NCBI GenBank assembly: GCA_965250285.1
Contig: OZ252299.1
Location: forward strand, 1,056,001 to 1,120,000
Length of the DNA: 64,000 bases
From: Myxococcota bacterium
GTDB taxonomy: Bacteria; Myxococcota_A; UBA9160; UBA4427
Direction of reading: 5' to 3'
This document shows positions 61,472 to 64,000 of the stretch, one piece after another (position 1 is the first letter of the stretch; the number at the start of each line of letters is the position of its first letter). A program made the position numbers and the translations under genes. Under the pieces are notes generated by a model, which was given only the letters and a program-made list of their open reading frames with translations, was not told the DNA's origin and searched no databases.

Positions 61472-62170
61472 TCAGGACGAGAGCTTCTGAGCGTGTTTGA
61501 GGTTGAGAGACTCGACGATCAGAATCACGTCTTCGGCGACGTTGGTGGCATGGTCGGCGACGCGCTCGAGGCTCTGGGCGATGAAGATCAAGTCGATCGT
61601 CTGCTCCGTGGCGTCGGGGTTGTCGTGGATCTCGCGGATCGCGGCGCGAATCACCTGGTCTTCTTCGTCGTCGATCTCGTCGTCCTGGTCGAGGACGACG
61701 CGGGCGAGGGTCGGGTCGGTGTCCGCGTACGCGCGCAGCGCCTTCGAGAGCACGTCCTGGCAGTCGATGGCGAGTTTGCGAAGTGAGCCGGGCATCTCGG
61801 CCGGTCCGCGGTCGGCGAGCCGGATGGCGCACTTCGCGATGTTTCGGGCGAGGTCGCCCACGCGTTCGAGGTTGGTCGCCATCGTCTTGGCGGCGACGAC
61901 CTCGCGCAGATCAGAGGCCACGGGCGCGAGCAACGCCAGATAGCGGAGCACGGCCTGGTCGATCTCGACATCGAGGCGGTCGATCTCGAGATCGAGCTGG
62001 GCCACCTGCTCGGCGTCGCCTCGGTCGCGCTCCCAGACGGCGCGCAGCGCACGAGCGAGGATCTCCTCTGAGAGCTGTCCCATGCGTAGGATCAGCTCAC
62101 GGAGGGAGTTGAGCTCGCGGCTGGTCTTCGTCGGCTGTTGATCCAAGTGGGGCGCAAAGCCTCCGGACAA
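61472..62170 (-). CDS. phoU: Phosphate signalling protein PhoU
   Basis: PVASDLR, LERVGDLA.NIA, LERVADHATNVAE. Start is uncertain (TTG 62170 or 62146). Confidence 0.92.
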   Translation of the reverse strand: MSGGFAPHLDQQPTKTSRELNSLRELILRMGQLSEEILARALRAVWERDRGDAEQVAQLDLEIDRLDVEIDQAVLRYLALLAPVASDLREVVAAKTMATNLERVGDLARNIAKCAIRLADRGPAEMPGSLRKLAIDCQDVLSKALRAYADTDPTLARVVLDQDDEIDDEEDQVIRAAIREIHDNPDATEQTIDLIFIAQSLERVADHATNVAEDVILIVESLNLKHAQKLSS

Positions 62171-62202
62171 GACGCTTCCTCCCGGAGCCGTCGATTAGCC
62201 CC

Positions 62203-62224
62203 GGAACGTGACGCGGACGTGACG
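62203..62224 (-). promoter_or_regulatory. Pho box oriented toward phoU
   Basis: Minus strand CGTCAC-gtccg-CGTCAC, 11-bp period. Confidence 0.6.
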
Positions 62225-62277
62225 TGCAGGTTGTATGTCGCGCAAGCACGGGGACTTGGGGAGATCCCCGTTGGAGA

Positions 62278-62307
62278 CCTTCACTTAATCGTAACAACTC
62301 CGTCACG
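62278..62307 (+). promoter_or_regulatory. Pho box (three half-sites) oriented toward pstS
   Basis: CTTCAC-ttaat-CGTAAC-aactc-CGTCAC, 11-bp period, similar to the CTGTCAT consensus. Confidence 0.7.
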
Positions 62308-62493
62308 TCCAGAGAACCGCCCGATCCTAGTGTGCTCTCGTCCGGAAGATCGGGGGGCGGACATCCGGGCAGCCGCAGCAATTCGACCGGGTTCGAGCCC
62401 TCAAATCGACCGGGTCATCCCCCAGCGCTCTCGCGCCGCGTGTGGGATGCTTGCGGCCGCCCGACACGAATCCCCTCGAAGGAGTCCCGCCCC

Positions 62494-63546
62494 TTGACTC
62501 GACTCTCCGCCCGCTCGGGGCAGGCGACCCGGCTGTGCTCGCTGCTCGTGATCACGCTGTGGGTTGCCTCCTCGGCCTCTGCGCGAGATCAGATCCAGAT
62601 CGTCGGCTCTTCGACGGTGTTCCCGTTCTCGACCGCCGTGGCCGAGCAGTTCGGTCGCTCGACCGACTTCAAGACCCCGATCGTCGAGTCGACCGGGTCG
62701 GGCGGCGGCCTGAAGCTCTTCTGCGGCGGCGTCGGCGCGGGGACGCCCGACGTCGCGAACTCGTCCCGACGCATCAAGCAGTCCGAGGTCGATCTATGCG
62801 CCCAGAACGGTGTCGACGAGATCATCGAGGTGCGCGTCGGCTATGACGGCATCGTGCTCGCCAGCGCCCGAAGGGCCACACCGGTGGCGCTCACGACGCG
62901 CCAGATCTTCCTCGCCCTGGCTCGACAGATCCCGGTCAACGACCAGCTCGTGCCCAACCCGAACAAGACGTGGCGCGACGTCGATCCCTCACTGCCCGAC
63001 GTCCCGATCGAGGTGCTCGGTCCTCCCCCGACGTCGGGCACACGGGACGCCTTCGTCGAGCTCGGCATGGAAAGGGGTGCGCTCAGCTTCCCCTATCTGC
63101 AGAACCTCAAGAAGACCGACAAGAACGCCTTCAAGGCTGTCGCACACGCGTTGCGCGAAGACGGGGCCTACGTCGAGGCGGGCGAGAACGACAATCTCAT
63201 CGTGCAGAAGCTCGTCGCCAACCCCAACGCGCTCGGTATCTTCGGCTTCTCGTTCCTCGATCAGAATGGCGACCGCGTCTCGGGCGCGACGGTCGACGGC
63301 GTCGAGCCCTCGTTCGAGGCGATCGCCGACGGCAGCTACCCGATCTCGCGTTCGCTCTACGTGTATGTGAAGAAGGCCCACGTCGGCCAGATCCCCGGTC
63401 TCGAAGAGTTCATCGTCGAGTTCCTGAGCGACCGCGCCAACGGCGACGAGGGGTATCTGGCGGAGAAGGGGCTGATCCCGCTGTCCGATGACGAGCGCGC
63501 GCGCGTGCGCGCATCGTCGTCGGCACTCGAGCCGCTCCAGCTCTAG
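62494..63546 (+). CDS. pstS: Phosphate ABC transporter substrate-binding protein
   Basis: RDQIQIVGSSTVFP, ESTGSGGG, PPPTSGTRDAF, YPISRSL; TTG start after AAGGAG. Confidence 0.93.
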   Translation: MTRLSARSGQATRLCSLLVITLWVASSASARDQIQIVGSSTVFPFSTAVAEQFGRSTDFKTPIVESTGSGGGLKLFCGGVGAGTPDVANSSRRIKQSEVDLCAQNGVDEIIEVRVGYDGIVLASARRATPVALTTRQIFLALARQIPVNDQLVPNPNKTWRDVDPSLPDVPIEVLGPPPTSGTRDAFVELGMERGALSFPYLQNLKKTDKNAFKAVAHALREDGAYVEAGENDNLIVQKLVANPNALGIFGFSFLDQNGDRVSGATVDGVEPSFEAIADGSYPISRSLYVYVKKAHVGQIPGLEEFIVEFLSDRANGDEGYLAEKGLIPLSDDERARVRASSSALEPLQL

Positions 63547-63610
63547 CTCCGCGGCCCGGCGCCGGCCGAGTGAGACGGCGACGCACGCTCTGAACGCGAG
63601 ACCGACAACG

Positions 63611-64000
63611 GTGCAGATCCCTTTCATCGACCAGGCCGCCCTCTCTCTGACCCGCCGGTTCCCGGCGCGCTCGTCGGCCCGTCGCTCGATCGAGGGCGTG
63701 CTGGTGCGCGTTCTGGCGCTGAGCAGCGGCGTCGCCATTCTCGTGACGATCGGCATCCTGCTCTCCCTGATCTTCGAGGCATCTCGGTTCTTCGAGCAGA
63801 TCTCGCCCGTCGAGTTCTTCTTCGGTACCGAGTGGAGCCCGCAGACGGCGCTTCGAGCCGACCAGGTCGGCGCATCGGGCGCGTTTGGCGCCGTGCCTGT
63901 CTTCGCGGGCACGCTGCTCATCACCTTGATCGCGATGGCGGTTTCGGTCCCGATCGGGTTGATGTCGGCGATCTACTTGAGCGAGTACGCGACGAAACGC
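63611..64000 (+). CDS. pstC: Phosphate ABC transporter permease (3'-partial)
   Basis: EFFFGTEWSPQTA..FGAVPVFAGTL..PIGL.SAIYLSEYA; runs off the window end. Confidence 0.9.
   Translation, partial: MQIPFIDQAALSLTRRFPARSSARRSIEGVLVRVLALSSGVAILVTIGILLSLIFEASRFFEQISPVEFFFGTEWSPQTALRADQVGASGAFGAVPVFAGTLLITLIAMAVSVPIGLMSAIYLSEYATKR

Overview
High-GC bacterial chromosomal segment. Gene content and style suggest a Myxococcota/deltaproteobacterial lineage (inference only). It holds about 56 mostly housekeeping or metabolic CDS: pntAA/AB/B, class I FBP aldolase, prfC, a divergent EF-G paralog, ettA, hisE-hisG, pepN, gpx, a lipid/steroid-type catabolic cluster (Ltp2-like thiolase-fold protein plus DUF35 partner, P450, acyl-CoA ligase, CoA transferase, ACAD), a TonB-dependent receptor, and phoU-phoB-phoR divergent from pstS-pstC with visible pho boxes. 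I recognised no rRNA, tRNA, CRISPR array, integrase or transposase. Main items the ORF track misses or hides: (1) a 74-codon SelW/Rdx-type selenoprotein gene with an in-frame TGA in a CxxU motif and a SECIS-like hairpin, right after prfC; (2) a protein fusing a metal-ligand-less persulfide-dioxygenase-like MBL domain to two tandem LexA-like HTH repeats, a candidate novel regulator, with operator-like palindromes upstream and a tandem pair of 135-bp palindromic elements downstream; (3) a membrane-anchored type-B carboxylesterase that has lost its nucleophile Ser and oxyanion hole and sits divergent from an orphan CHASE histidine kinase; (4) a CmcJ/NvfI-like oxygenase and an MFS-TPR-P450 operon; (5) a 35-bp duplication that creates a coupled mini-ORF before pepN. 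All family calls come from motif recognition by eye, not database searches.
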